Of a stretch of DNA of 44,505 nucleotides, positions 1 to 10,488 are shown one piece after another (position 1 is the stretch's first letter; each line of letters opens with the position of its first letter). The translations under genes and the position numbers were made by a program. Origin of the DNA: Corynebacterium sp. (GTDB taxonomy: Bacteria > Actinomycetota > Actinomycetes > Mycobacteriales > Mycobacteriaceae); NCBI GenBank assembly GCA_041830435.1, contig JBHAQQ010000095.1, forward strand, positions 1 through 44,505, read 5' to 3'. Under the pieces are notes generated by a model, which ran no database searches, was not told where the DNA came from, and worked only from the letters and a program-made list of their open reading frames with translations.

Positions 1-2
1 CA

Positions 3-320
3 GCAATGAAATGTCTCGGCGGTGAAATTCAAGGCAAGTTGCACCCAACCAGCGATGCTGAACGTGAAAAGGCACTGGCAGCTGGACTGGACCTCAACCA
101 GGTGCTCACCACCAATGACCTCGTAAACTCCGATCACTGTTTCTTCGTCGCAACTGGTGTGACCAACGGTGACATGCTGCGTGGAGTGAGCTACTCCCAG
201 AACAGCGCTGTGACCCGTTCGCTAGTCATGCGTTCCCGTTCCGGCACCATCCGATACATCGAATCGGTGCACCAATTGGCAAAGCTGCAGAAGTACTCCG
301 TACTTGACTACATCAACTAG
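3..320 (+). CDS. glpX: Class II fructose-1,6-bisphosphatase, C-terminal part (5' end outside window)
   Basis: FFVATGVTNGDMLRGV and SLVMRSRSGTIR motifs; glpX-fumC synteny. Confidence 0.93.
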   Translation, partial: AMKCLGGEIQGKLHPTSDAEREKALAAGLDLNQVLTTNDLVNSDHCFFVATGVTNGDMLRGVSYSQNSAVTRSLVMRSRSGTIRYIESVHQLAKLQKYSVLDYIN

Positions 321-438
321 CCCCGCAGCAAGAACCACACCTGTTCCGTTCCCCTCGCAAGCACCCGCGTACGCACCGTTGTGAGCGATTGGGAGTAAAC
401 TAAAGACACACCTACGACATGTATGAAAAGGATGTTTC

Positions 439-1839
439 ATGACTGAGCAACAGTTCCGCATCGAACACGACACCATGGGTGAAGTGAAGGTACCAGTTAA
501 TGCCCTGTGGCGTGCACAAACCCAGCGCGCAGTGGAAAATTTCCCAATTTCCGACCGCCCGCTTGAGGCAACCCAGATCCGCGCCATGGGTCTGCTGAAG
601 GCAGCTTGTGCTCAGGTCAACAAGGATCGTGGTTTGCTGCCTGCAGAGCAGGCCGATGCGATCATCGCAGCTGCGAAGGAAATCGCCGAAGGTAAGCACG
701 ACGCGGAATTCCCAATCGACGTGTTCCAGACCGGATCCGGAACCTCCTCCAACATGAACACCAACGAGGTCATTGCCTCGATTGCGAAGGCCAACGGTGT
801 TGAGGTTCACCCGAACGACCACGTGAACATGGGCCAGTCCTCGAACGATACCTTCCCAACTGCAACCCACGTTGCGGCAACCGTTGCTGCGGTCAATGAC
901 CTCATTCCAGCGCTGCAGGTGCTGCACGCTTCCCTGGATGCGAAGGCAAAGGCTTGGAAGACGGTTGTGAAGTCCGGCCGTACCCACCTGATGGATGCAG
1001 TTCCAGTGACCTTGGGCCAGGAATTTTCCGGCTATGCTCGCCAAATTGCCGCTGGTATTGAGCGCGTAGAGGCAACCCTGCCGCGTCTGGGCGAACTGCC
1101 AATCGGCGGTACCGCCGTGGGCACCGGTCTGAACACTCCTGCTGACTTTGGCGCGAAGGTTACCGCTGAACTGGTGAAGCTGACTGGTGTGACGCAACTC
1201 CGCGAGGCAGAAAACCACTTCGAGGCTCAGGCTAACCGCGATGCCCTGGTTGAATTCTCTGGCGCTATGCGCACCATTGCAGTTTCCCTCAACAAGATTG
1301 CCAATGACATCCGCTGGATGGGTTCCGGCCCATTGACCGGCCTTGCTGAAATCCAATTGCCTGACTTGCAGCCAGGTTCTTCCATCATGCCTGGCAAGGT
1401 TAATCCGGTGCTGTGTGAGACCGCTACCCAGGTTGCGGCTCAGGTTATCGGCAACGACGCTGCTGTTGCCTTCGGCGGTTCCCAGGGCCACTTCGAGCTG
1501 AATGTATTCATCCCACTCATGGCGCGTAACGTGCTGGAGTCTGCGAAGCTGTTGGCGAACACCTCCCGGGTGTTTGCTGAGAAGCTCGTCGACGGCATCG
1601 TTCCAAATGAGGAGCGTATGCGTACCCTTGCTGAGTCTTCCCCGTCCATCGTGACCCCATTGAACTCCGCAATTGGTTACGAAAACGCCGCGAAGGTTGC
1701 AAAGACCGCACTGAAGGAAGGTAAGACCATCCGCCAGACCGTCATCGACATGGGCTTTGTTGATGGCGAGAACCTCACCGAGGAAGAGCTCGACAAGCGC
1801 CTCGATGTTTTGGCTATGGCCAACACTGACCGCGACTAA
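439..1839 (+). CDS. fumC: Class II fumarate hydratase
   Basis: [11 protein letters not shown] signature, [22 protein letters not shown]; AAAGGA RBS. Confidence 0.98.
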   Translation: MTEQQFRIEHDTMGEVKVPVNALWRAQTQRAVENFPISDRPLEATQIRAMGLLKAACAQVNKDRGLLPAEQADAIIAAAKEIAEGKHDAEFPIDVFQTGSGTSSNMNTNEVIASIAKANGVEVHPNDHVNMGQSSNDTFPTATHVAATVAAVNDLIPALQVLHASLDAKAKAWKTVVKSGRTHLMDAVPVTLGQEFSGYARQIAAGIERVEATLPRLGELPIGGTAVGTGLNTPADFGAKVTAELVKLTGVTQLREAENHFEAQANRDALVEFSGAMRTIAVSLNKIANDIRWMGSGPLTGLAEIQLPDLQPGSSIMPGKVNPVLCETATQVAAQVIGNDAAVAFGGSQGHFELNVFIPLMARNVLESAKLLANTSRVFAEKLVDGIVPNEERMRTLAESSPSIVTPLNSAIGYENAAKVAKTALKEGKTIRQTVIDMGFVDGENLTEEELDKRLDVLAMANTDRD

Positions 1840-1889
1840 TCGCGTTGCTCGTTAAACCTCAGTGTGTGGGGTTTAGCGGAAATATTTCG

Positions 1890-1933
1890 ACGCCGCATGC
1901 TAGCGACTCCCCTGCCGCTAGCGTGCGGCGTTT
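1890..1933 (+). terminator. Hairpin terminator after fumC
   Basis: ACGCCGCATGCTAGCG (1890-1905) pairs with CGCTAGCGTGCGGCGT (1916-1931), one G-U pair, followed by T residues. Confidence 0.75.
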
Positions 1934-2005
1934 GCGTATGCTGCGCAATCCAACAGCCTCGCTGCTAGATGGTGTGCATAGCTCCAGCACTATTCCCTAA
2001 ACCGC

Positions 2006-2036
2006 TTGACACATCAACCGAGAGGGGCGTAATACT
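2006..2036 (+). promoter_or_regulatory. SigA-like promoter for the MFS gene, probably leaderless
   Basis: TTGACA at 2006-2011, 18-nt spacer, TAATACT at 2030-2036, ATG 6 nt later. Confidence 0.6.
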
Positions 2037-2042
2037 GAAGGG

Positions 2043-3629
2043 ATGAAATCGGATTCATCTGCCTCAGCCTCAGCATTTCACCCTGCGGAAACGGCAAGAG
2101 CGAACAACCTGCCACTGGTATTTACTGCGCTCGTCACCGGCATGCTGATGAGTTCGCTCGGGCAAATGATGTTCTCCACGGCTCTTCCGACTATGGTTGG
2201 CGAACTTGGCGGTGTGGAACGTATGAGCTGGGTCATTACCGGTTTCCTCCTCACCATGACGCTTTCCATGCCAATCTATGGCAAACTTGGCGACCAAATT
2301 GGGCGCAAGCCGCTGTACCTCATTGCCATTGCGCTGTTTTGCGTGGCGTCGATCCTTGGTGCGTTGGCCACCACCATGCCGCAAATGATCGCCGCCCGCG
2401 CGTTCCAGGGCGTGGGCGCCGGCGGACTCATGGTGCTTTCGCAATCGATCATTGCGGATGTTGTGCCACCTCGGCAGCGCGGAAAGTACATGGGTATCAT
2501 CGCCGCAGTTTTTGGCGTGAGTTCCGTACTCGGACCACTTCTGGGCGGCTTTTTCACCGACGGACCTGGCTGGCGATGGGCATTGTGGTTCAATGTGCCA
2601 CTATCCGTGCTAGCTTTCCTTATTTCCGCATTTGCCATTAAGCTGCCGCATCACAAGGTCAAGGCTCATCTGGATGTGCTCGGCACCATTTTGCTCATCA
2701 CCGCGACGACCTGTCTGATTCTGCTGCTCTCATGGGGTGGCCGTGACTACGGATGGACCGATCCCATGATCCTGATCCTGGGCACCATAGCCATTGTGGG
2801 TGCTGTGCTGTTCGTCCTGGTTGAACGTCGAACTCATGATCCGCTGGTGCCGCTCAGCCTGTTCCGCAGCCATAACTTCACACTGGCAACCATTGCGGGT
2901 TGGCTCATGGGCATTATGATGTTCGGTTCGATGGCATTCTTGCCTACATATCTGCAAATGACCTTCCGTTTGTCCCCGACTGAAGCTGGCCTTATGCTCG
3001 TGCCGCTGATGGCAGGGTTGCTGATTACCTCAAACATCCTGGGCCGCTATGTCACGACCACGGGCAATTATCGTTGGTTCCCAGCCGCCGGCATGGTGGT
3101 GTACGCCGCTGGCCTCGTGCTGTTGTCCACGATTCACGTCAATGACCCACTGTGGAAGATTGGGGTGATCTTCTGCATTCAGGGTGTGGGACTGGGACTA
3201 TTCATGCAGTTGCTACTGCTCATTGTGCAGAATTCCTTCCCTCACGCGCTGGTTGGAACGTCCACGGCTACGCATAATTTCTTCCGGCAAATCGGCGGGG
3301 CGATGGGTTCGGCGATCATCGGCTCGTTCTTCGCCCATCGTTTGACCACGGACCTGCAACAATCGCGCGCACTCCTTGAGACCATGGGGACGGTTGGCGC
3401 AGCCGAGCAGGGTTCGAACATGGACGACGCGGGTCTGGCATCCGGAATCAACAACATCACACCCGAGTTGGTGCATAACCTTGCCGAGCCGATTCAGGAA
3501 CTCTTTGCGTGGAGCTATAACCATGCACTCATCCCAATTCTTGTTGCATTGGCGCCAGTGGCTCTGATCGGTGCAGTGCTATTGGCGTTCCTCAAGCCGG
3601 AGCCATTGGGCAACCGGGTGGATAACTAG
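2043..3629 (+). CDS. MFS drug:H+ antiporter, DHA2 (EmrB/QacA-like) family
   Basis: GKLGDQIGRK motif A, RAFQGVGAGG, GPLLGGFF, WRWALWFNVP; many hydrophobic segments. Confidence 0.92.
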   Translation: MKSDSSASASAFHPAETARANNLPLVFTALVTGMLMSSLGQMMFSTALPTMVGELGGVERMSWVITGFLLTMTLSMPIYGKLGDQIGRKPLYLIAIALFCVASILGALATTMPQMIAARAFQGVGAGGLMVLSQSIIADVVPPRQRGKYMGIIAAVFGVSSVLGPLLGGFFTDGPGWRWALWFNVPLSVLAFLISAFAIKLPHHKVKAHLDVLGTILLITATTCLILLLSWGGRDYGWTDPMILILGTIAIVGAVLFVLVERRTHDPLVPLSLFRSHNFTLATIAGWLMGIMMFGSMAFLPTYLQMTFRLSPTEAGLMLVPLMAGLLITSNILGRYVTTTGNYRWFPAAGMVVYAAGLVLLSTIHVNDPLWKIGVIFCIQGVGLGLFMQLLLLIVQNSFPHALVGTSTATHNFFRQIGGAMGSAIIGSFFAHRLTTDLQQSRALLETMGTVGAAEQGSNMDDAGLASGINNITPELVHNLAEPIQELFAWSYNHALIPILVALAPVALIGAVLLAFLKPEPLGNRVDN

Positions 3630-3695
3630 CGAGGAACAATAGGAAACGCCCTGGGCGTTGGGTTTCCTTGCTGGACGTTGGGAAACCTGGTGCCC

Positions 3696-4358
3696 CTAGG
3701 AGCGCTTTGGTTTCGGACGACGCTTGCTGAGTTTTTGCCGGCCCGATTCCGCAGAGCGTCCTCGACAAATTCCCACGAAGTCTTGGATCACTTCGCTGTC
3801 GTGCTCTTTCAGCCACACCAGCGCCACTCGAGTACGACCGATTTCTGCAGGGGCGTCGAGCAAATCGCGGTGCACCACCCCACGCTGATTGATCGCCCGC
3901 AGGAGTGGTCGAGGCGCGATACATAGGCCAACGTTTGCCGCAACGACCATCAGGGCCTCGCGAACAGCGGCGATGTCGATTTCACCGTTGGGTGGGGTTT
4001 GGTAGTTCATAATCTCATCGGCGAGTTCTTCCAAATCCGTTGGCTGCACGGTATCGAATGCCGCTAGCGGGTGTTCTTTGGGCGCGGCGATGCCGATTTG
4101 TTCTTCGTACAGGCGGACGTGGTGCAAAGATTCATCCACACCTATCGCAGCCAACTCCCCTTCCGCCGGGAGCCGCACGATGGCGATGTCTGCTGCTTGT
4201 GCGGTGATGTATCGGATTGGGTCGTCGGTTTGTGCGCCGGCAGCCCGCCAGCCTCTGGTTCGTTCGTCGAAGCGTCCGAACCATTTGTCTGGGGTCACGC
4301 CGGGGCTGAAAACTACTTTGAGGTAGTTGGTTTGGGGGCGTGTGCCTGCGTTGTTCAT
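3696..4358 (-). CDS. Stand-alone LysR-type substrate-binding domain protein (no HTH)
   Basis: FSPGVTPDKW, ADIAIVRLP, LYEEQ..PKEHPLA, VAANVG, QDFVGICRGR; 220 aa; -10 TAAGCT 7 nt upstream. Confidence 0.8.
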   Translation of the reverse strand: MNNAGTRPQTNYLKVVFSPGVTPDKWFGRFDERTRGWRAAGAQTDDPIRYITAQAADIAIVRLPAEGELAAIGVDESLHHVRLYEEQIGIAAPKEHPLAAFDTVQPTDLEELADEIMNYQTPPNGEIDIAAVREALMVVAANVGLCIAPRPLLRAINQRGVVHRDLLDAPAEIGRTRVALVWLKEHDSEVIQDFVGICRGRSAESGRQKLSKRRPKPKRS

Positions 4359-4405
4359 ACCTGCCAGCTTAACGCTTCCTGGGGAGATGGTTTAGCATTG
4401 AGGGC

Positions 4406-4789
4406 ATGACAGATGCTGTAGATAAGGAAGTTGCATCCCCAGCGCGGGCTGCGGCGAAAGGCCCAGGCATGAAGCCGTTGACGGCTGCGAAGAAATTGGG
4501 GATTCATTTGCCTGCTACCCCTGCTTCGTTTCAGGAGGCTTCGTTGAGCCATGAGGAGTTTGTGGCTTTGCAGGAGCATCCGCCGGAGTGGTTGGTGGAG
4601 TTGCGTCGGGTTGGTCCTCATCCGCGCCCAGAGGTGGCCCGTAAGTTGGGGATTACCATCACTGCGTTGAAGAAGAACGATATGGATCGGCCGTTGACGA
4701 CTGCGGAGATTAAGGCGCTGCTGGAGGATCAGCCGGAGTGGTTGCGTGCTGCGCGTACGTCGTTGGCGGAGGAGCGCAGTCGGAGTTAG
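4406..4789 (+). CDS. DUF5997-like conserved actinobacterial protein
   Basis: MKPLTAAKKLGIHLPATP and GPHPRPEVARKLG, PEWL repeats; divergent from the LysR-domain gene; -10 TAGCAT 7 nt upstream. Confidence 0.8.
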   Translation: MTDAVDKEVASPARAAAKGPGMKPLTAAKKLGIHLPATPASFQEASLSHEEFVALQEHPPEWLVELRRVGPHPRPEVARKLGITITALKKNDMDRPLTTAEIKALLEDQPEWLRAARTSLAEERSRS

Positions 4790-4830
4790 CGATCGGAGTT
4801 AGCGATCGGAGTTAGCGATCGGAGTTAGCG
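4780..4830. repeat. 13-bp tandem repeat (TCGGAGTTAGCGA), 3.9 copies
   Basis: Units start at 4780, 4793, 4806, 4819; the first includes the TAG stop of the upstream gene. Confidence 0.95.
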
Positions 4831-5354
4831 CAGCTTAGCTGCTGGCGAAACGCTCCACTGGTGAGTTCCAACAGTGTCGTACCAACAGCGTGGTTTCAGC
4901 ACTGTAATACCAGCACAGTGGTACCAACATGGAGGAAAGGGGATGCTTCACTTTTGTGAGGCATCCCCTTTGTGACGTGTTTCTTGGTCGAATCTGATGG
5001 GTGACGAGTCCACCAGTTGGAAAACACGATCGCACAACATCCGGTTGCCGCATGCCTGCAAAGGGAGAAGAGAGAAAACCTCTGTAGGGCGAATGTTGGA
5101 TGGGTTGTTGCGACGTTTGACTATCCACAACTGCTTGCGTCTTGGGCGACTAACCCTTGACACGTTTATGAGGTTAGCCTGCACTAAGTTCAATGTCAAG
5201 CCTTTTAGAAACATTTTTGTTTCTTTATTCGACGCCGCATCCAAATGTGGGGTAATCCGCAATGAAAATTGCCCCCATTCTTCACACTCCCCCACAGGAA
5301 GAATGCTAATATTTTCAACAGTATTTTCTGTCACACTTTGAAAGGATCGAGACG

Positions 5355-6527
5355 GTGAAAAACTTCCTTCCACGCACCATTTTCGAAGAAGAACACAACA
5401 TGTTCCGCGAAGCTTGCCGCGACTTCGTTGAAGCTGAAGTTCGCCCAAACGTAGACCGTTGGCACGAGCAAGGCTACTGTGACCGTTCCCTGTTCAAGAA
5501 GGCCGGCGAAATGGGCCTGCTTGGCATGATGGCTCCAGAAGAGTTCGGTGGCGGCGGCATGACCAACGACTACCGCTTCAACGCAATCCTCTCCGAAGAA
5601 CTCGCAGAAGCTGATTCCGGATCCGTCATCGTTGGCATCCAAACCATCAACGACCTCGTTATCCCATACCTGGACCGCTTCGCCAACGACGAGCAAAAGG
5701 AACGCTTCCTTCGCCCACTGTGTGCAGGCGACAAGATTGCCGCACTGGCAATGACCGAACCAGGCGCAGGTGCAGACCTTGCAGGTATCCGCTCCTACGC
5801 TCGCAAGGACGAAAACGGCGACTACATCCTCAACGGCTCCAAGACCTTCATCTCCAACGGTGTGCAAGCTGACTTCACCCTCGTCGTAGCAGTCACCAAC
5901 CCAGAAGCAGGTCGCGCTGGCGTCTCCATGCTTATCATCGAAGACGGCATGGAAGGCTACACGAAGACTGGCCCACTCAAGAAGGTTGGCCTGAAGTCTC
6001 AGGACACCGCAGAGCTGGCATTCGAAGACGTACGCATTCCAAAGGAAAACCTCCTTGGTGAAGAAGGTGCAGCATTCGGCTACCTGCGCACCAACCTGGC
6101 ACAGGAACGACTCTCCATCGCAGTAGGCTCCGTCGCAACGTCTCGTCGCGCATTTGACCTGGTGTACAAGCACTCCCAGGACCGCAAGACCTTCGGCTCC
6201 CGCCTCGTTGACCACCAGGCATACCGCTGGGAACTCGCAAAGATGGCCACCGAAATCCAGTCTGCACAGTCCTTCGTGGATGCCGCCATCGTCGAGAAGG
6301 TTGCAGGCAACCTCGACGAAGTAACCGGCGCAATGGCAAAGTACCTCTCCACCGAACTGCAGATCAAGGTTGTAAACACCGCACTGCAGCTCCACGGCGG
6401 CTACGGCTTCATGCTGGAATACCCAATCTCCACCCACTACCTCGACTCTCGTGTCCAGCCAATCTACGGCGGTCCAAACGAGATCATGCTGGAGATCATT
6501 TCCCGCCGCCTCGCCAAGGGTGAATAA
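5355..6527 (+). CDS. Acyl-CoA dehydrogenase (long-chain type)
   Basis: AMTEPGAGADL, NGSKTFISNG, QLHGGYGF, IYGGPNEIM; GAAAGGA RBS before GTG. Confidence 0.95.
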   Translation: MKNFLPRTIFEEEHNMFREACRDFVEAEVRPNVDRWHEQGYCDRSLFKKAGEMGLLGMMAPEEFGGGGMTNDYRFNAILSEELAEADSGSVIVGIQTINDLVIPYLDRFANDEQKERFLRPLCAGDKIAALAMTEPGAGADLAGIRSYARKDENGDYILNGSKTFISNGVQADFTLVVAVTNPEAGRAGVSMLIIEDGMEGYTKTGPLKKVGLKSQDTAELAFEDVRIPKENLLGEEGAAFGYLRTNLAQERLSIAVGSVATSRRAFDLVYKHSQDRKTFGSRLVDHQAYRWELAKMATEIQSAQSFVDAAIVEKVAGNLDEVTGAMAKYLSTELQIKVVNTALQLHGGYGFMLEYPISTHYLDSRVQPIYGGPNEIMLEIISRRLAKGE

Positions 6528-6560
6528 CACTCCCCTGAACTGAGCAAACCCAAGAGCAAA

Positions 6561-6606
6561 CCACTACGGGTGGGAGCAGCACCAATGCTGCTCCCACCCG
6601 TAGTGG
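6561..6606. terminator. Perfect 21-bp hairpin between convergent genes, likely bidirectional terminator
   Basis: CCACTACGGGTGGGAGCAGCA-ccaa-TGCTGCTCCCACCCGTAGTGG. Confidence 0.85.
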
Positions 6607-6652
6607 ATTCACCTATATGTACGCGGGCCAGGCGCACGCAGAGCTGCGCAGC

Positions 6653-7459
6653 CTAACGGCCCTGCAACTTTGGCTGGCGCTTTTCCACAAATGCCATGAC
6701 CGACTCCAAATGATCATCCGTGAGGAACAAGCGCCCTTGCGCACCAGCCTCCAAATCCGCGGCGGCATGCACCGCATCAGCGTTGCGCAGCAAAGCTTTC
6801 AATTCCTTGTATGCCATCGTTGGGCCACCCGCGAAACGTGCCGCCAATGCACCAACAGCCTCATCCAATGCCTCCGGCTCAACGACCTGATAGACCAAGT
6901 CGAGGGAAGCTGCGGTCTCGGCGTCGATCTTCTCATCCAATAGCAACAACTGCAACGCGCGAGTCTTGCCAACCACATCAGCGAGCGTCTGCGACAGACC
7001 CGCATCAGCAGACAATCCCACGCCCGTAAACGCCCCCTTGAACGAAGCCGAGGTAGACATGATGCGGAAATCACACGCCATCGCGATACCCCAACCAGCA
7101 CCCGCAGCAGGCCCTTGAATAGCCGCGATCACCGGTACCGGGATGCTCAACAGGGCCGCAATCATCGGGTTGTACTCCTCAACAACCTTGTCCGAAGTTT
7201 CCCGCGCCATGGACTCCTTGAGCTGTTCCTTCAAATCCTGGCCAGTGCAAAACGCCCCACCCGTGGCATTCAACACCACAGCTCGGACTTCCCCACCTGC
7301 TGGCGACGCCGCTGCCGCCGCATCCTCAAACGCCGCGCGCAGTTCCAAGCGCAGCGCCTTATTCAACGAATTGTAGGCGTCCGGACGATTGATGGTGATT
7401 GTGCGAACACCATCGTTTTGCGAAACAAGTACCAATGCATCTGCGTGAGTATCAGTCAT
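6653..7459 (-). CDS. Enoyl-CoA hydratase/isomerase (PaaG-like crotonase)
   Basis: INRPDAYNSL, FCTGQDL, GPAAGAGWGIAMACDFR; -10 TAGAAT 6 nt upstream. Confidence 0.92.
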   Translation of the reverse strand: MTDTHADALVLVSQNDGVRTITINRPDAYNSLNKALRLELRAAFEDAAAAASPAGGEVRAVVLNATGGAFCTGQDLKEQLKESMARETSDKVVEEYNPMIAALLSIPVPVIAAIQGPAAGAGWGIAMACDFRIMSTSASFKGAFTGVGLSADAGLSQTLADVVGKTRALQLLLLDEKIDAETAASLDLVYQVVEPEALDEAVGALAARFAGGPTMAYKELKALLRNADAVHAAADLEAGAQGRLFLTDDHLESVMAFVEKRQPKLQGR

Positions 7460-7468
7460 GTCGCAATT

Positions 7469-8050
7469 CTAGCGAACAATCTCCACCCCAAGCGCGGACA
7501 ATTCCAAACAAACTTGCTCTGTGTTATCCGGGTGCACAGCTGCACACAAATCCAACAACAGACGCACCGAAAAACCTGCAGCAACCGCATCCAGAACAGT
7601 AGCTCGCACGCAATAATCCGTAGCGATGCCGCAAACATCTACGGTTTCCACATTGGCTGCACGCAACACGTCAACCAACGGTTCACCAGTTTGCGACTCG
7701 ACCCCTTCAAACCCAGAGTATGCCGCCTCAAACTGACCCTTGCGGAACCACTGATCCACCGGGGCCTGCATGGCCGGAAATGGTTCACTCCCCCACGTAT
7801 CTGCAACGCAGTGCACTGGCCACCTATCCACAAAGTCGGCAGGCTCCTGCTCTGTGGCAAAGTGACCGATCGGATTGATATGCCAATCCTGCGTACCAAT
7901 AATCAGCCCATAGGGTTCCGTACGCTCGTTGGCATAGGTGGTGATGGCTGCGGCGACTTCCGCACCCCCAGCAACCGCTAGGCTGCCTTCAACGAAGTCA
8001 TTCTGTACATCAACAATGATGAGAGCACTGGTTGCCACCGCACTGTCCAC
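7469..8050 (-). CDS. pncA: Nicotinamidase/pyrazinamidase
   Basis: VDVQNDF, QDWH, WPVHC, GIATDYCV. Confidence 0.92.
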   Translation of the reverse strand: MDSAVATSALIIVDVQNDFVEGSLAVAGGAEVAAAITTYANERTEPYGLIIGTQDWHINPIGHFATEQEPADFVDRWPVHCVADTWGSEPFPAMQAPVDQWFRKGQFEAAYSGFEGVESQTGEPLVDVLRAANVETVDVCGIATDYCVRATVLDAVAAGFSVRLLLDLCAAVHPDNTEQVCLELSALGVEIVR

Positions 8051-8090
8051 CTTTCAATGTCCGTCCTTACTGCGTACCCCTACGCAGAAA

Positions 8091-9377
8091 TTAGTTGAGC
8101 TTCCAAGACTCCAAGCCCTCGTACAGAGGGAAGTCGCTTGCAACCTTGGCGACGCGACTCCGCAGCGCATCCAGGTCGGCGTTACCGGCCAAAGCGGTTC
8201 CGATAATATCGGCAACTTCGGTGAAAGCTGCCGCATCCAGGCCACGAGAAGCCAAGGCCGAAGCACCAATACGCAAACCGGAGGTCACCATTGGTGGACG
8301 TGGATCGAACGGCACCGCATTGCGGTTCACCGTGATGCCAACCTCATGCAGCAAGTCCTCCGCCTGCTGACCATCCAACTGGGAATTACGCAGATCAGCC
8401 AGTACCAAGTGCACATCAGTGCCACCAGTCAGCACCTGTACACCTGCAGCCTGGGTATCAGCAGCGCCCAAGCGTTCAGCAATGATCTTCGCACCTTCCA
8501 AGGTACGAGCCTGACGATCCTTGAACTCCTCGGTCTGTGCAACCTTCATGGAAACGGCCTTAGCAGCCACCACATGCATCAACGGACCACCCTGCTGTCC
8601 AGGGAACACGGCAGAATTCAAGGCCTTTGCGTACTCCTGCTTTGCCAAGATCATGCCGGAACGCGGACCACCGAGGGTCTTGTGCACGGTAGTGGAAACC
8701 ACATCAGCATGTGGCACCGGTGAAGGGTGCAAACCAGCTGCCACCAGGCCAGCAAAGTGTGCCATATCAACCCACAGCTTCGCGCCTACTTCATCAGCAA
8801 TCGCCCGGAACGCTGCAAAGTCTTGGTGGCGAGGATATGCAGACCAACCAGCAATCAACACCTGTGGCTTTTCGCGCAACGCCTGTTCACGAATCTTGTC
8901 CATGTCCAAACGGAACGATTCAGGATCAACCTCGTAAGCTGCAACTTCGTACAACTTGCCGGAGAAATTCAGGTGCATGCCGTGGGTCAGGTGCCCACCA
9001 TGAGCCAAGGAAAGACCCATGATCTTATCGCCTGGGTTAGCCAGCGCCATGAGCACTGCAGCATTGGCCTGCGCGCCCGAGTGTGGCTGGACGTTGGCGA
9101 ACTCCGCACCAAAGACAGCCTTCGCGCGTTCACGGGCCAAATCTTCCACCACGTCGACATGCTCACAACCACCGTAGTAGCGGCGACCTGGGTAGCCCTC
9201 TGCATACTTGTTGGTCAGCACCGATCCCTGCGCTTGCAGCACTGCACGCGGAACGAAGTTTTCCGAAGCGATCATTTCGAGGGTGTCGCGCTGGCGGGCC
9301 AGTTCACCCGCGATCGCTGCGGAAATTTCTGGGTCAAATTCATCAAGTGGAATGTTGTGTTGCGGAGTGCTGCTCAT
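8091..9377 (-). CDS. glyA: Serine hydroxymethyltransferase
   Basis: [32 protein letters not shown]. Confidence 0.98.
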   Translation of the reverse strand: MSSTPQHNIPLDEFDPEISAAIAGELARQRDTLEMIASENFVPRAVLQAQGSVLTNKYAEGYPGRRYYGGCEHVDVVEDLARERAKAVFGAEFANVQPHSGAQANAAVLMALANPGDKIMGLSLAHGGHLTHGMHLNFSGKLYEVAAYEVDPESFRLDMDKIREQALREKPQVLIAGWSAYPRHQDFAAFRAIADEVGAKLWVDMAHFAGLVAAGLHPSPVPHADVVSTTVHKTLGGPRSGMILAKQEYAKALNSAVFPGQQGGPLMHVVAAKAVSMKVAQTEEFKDRQARTLEGAKIIAERLGAADTQAAGVQVLTGGTDVHLVLADLRNSQLDGQQAEDLLHEVGITVNRNAVPFDPRPPMVTSGLRIGASALASRGLDAAAFTEVADIIGTALAGNADLDALRSRVAKVASDFPLYEGLESWKLN

Positions 9378-9533
9378 CAGTTCCGTGGGCCTTCCCTGTG
9401 TATTGCTTCGTACGAATTATTTGGGTTGGGGTGTGCATTTTGCTGTTTTAGTTTAGCTGGTTGGTGCAGTGTTGGCCTATCCCAAGGTTGCCCTATTTCA
9501 CAATTGGCCCCGTTTAGGTGCATGATAGTGGCT

Positions 9534-10481
9534 ATGTCTTTTACCCCATCTCCCGCTAAGGAGTCGCATAATCCAAGTCCTTACGTGGAATTGGATCGTA
9601 CGCAGTGGCGGGAGTTGCGGAAGTCAATGCCGCAGGTGCTGAGCGAATCTGAGTTGGATTCTTTGCGCGGCATTGGTGACGAGTTGGATTTGGAAGAAGT
9701 TTCCGAGGTCTACCTGCCACTGTCACGCTTGATTAATCTCCGGGTGGAGGCGCATAAGAAGTTGAATGCCGCCACTGAGGAGTTCTTGGGTACCGAGCTA
9801 CCAAAGATCCCGTACATCATTGGGGTGTGTGGTTCGGTGGCGGTTGGAAAGTCTACGGTGTCGCGTGTGTTGCAGGTGTTGCTGCAGCGTTGGGATTCTT
9901 CACCTCGAGTGGATCTGGTCACCACCGATGGTTTCCTCTACCCCACGAAGGAGCTTGAGGAGCGTCGGTTGCTCCATCGCAAGGGCTTTCCGGAGTCCTA
10001 TGACCAGGGTGCCTTGTTGCGGTTCGTTACTCAGGTGAAATCTGGGCGGCGTAATGTGCAGGCCCCGGTGTATTCTCACGAGCAATATGACCGTGTTCCT
10101 GATGCGTTTATTACGGTGGATCAGCCCGATATTTTGATTGTGGAGGGTTTGAATGTGTTGGAAACCGGTCCACGGTTGATGGTTTCGGACTTATTCGACT
10201 TCTCGATTTATGTCGACGCCCGCCGTGAGGACATCGAGGACTGGTACATTGACCGTTTCTTAAGGCTGAAGAATACGGCCTTCCAGGATCCGGGGGCGCA
10301 CTTCCATCACTTTGCCCATTTGTCGGATGATGAAGCGAGCTTTGTGGCTCGTGAGATCTGGCAGTCGGTGAATTTGCCGAACTTGATGGAAAATATTCTG
10401 CCTACCCGTGTGCGGGCGTCGTTGGTGCTGCGCAAGGGCCCGGATCATCTGGTGCAGAAAGTGCGCTTGCGGAAGGTCTAG
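9534..10481 (+). CDS. coaA: Type I pantothenate kinase (start reassigned to ATG 9534)
   Basis: GSVAVGKS P-loop, [19 protein letters not shown]; the upstream part of the 584-aa track ORF is antisense to glyA. Confidence 0.96.
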   Translation: MSFTPSPAKESHNPSPYVELDRTQWRELRKSMPQVLSESELDSLRGIGDELDLEEVSEVYLPLSRLINLRVEAHKKLNAATEEFLGTELPKIPYIIGVCGSVAVGKSTVSRVLQVLLQRWDSSPRVDLVTTDGFLYPTKELEERRLLHRKGFPESYDQGALLRFVTQVKSGRRNVQAPVYSHEQYDRVPDAFITVDQPDILIVEGLNVLETGPRLMVSDLFDFSIYVDARREDIEDWYIDRFLRLKNTAFQDPGAHFHHFAHLSDDEASFVAREIWQSVNLPNLMENILPTRVRASLVLRKGPDHLVQKVRLRKV

Positions 10482-10488
10482 TTCGACG

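Noticed and set aside
4780-4830. CRISPR array
   Set aside because: Contiguous 13-bp units without spacers, and no cas genes in the window.
8727-9533. 584-aa ORF suggesting an N-terminally extended CoaA
   Set aside because: The extension is the antisense shadow of glyA; kinase homology begins near ATG 9534.
9378-9533. ZMP/ZTP or glycine riboswitch upstream of glyA
   Set aside because: I could not find the conserved core motifs on the minus strand; an Rfam scan would settle it.
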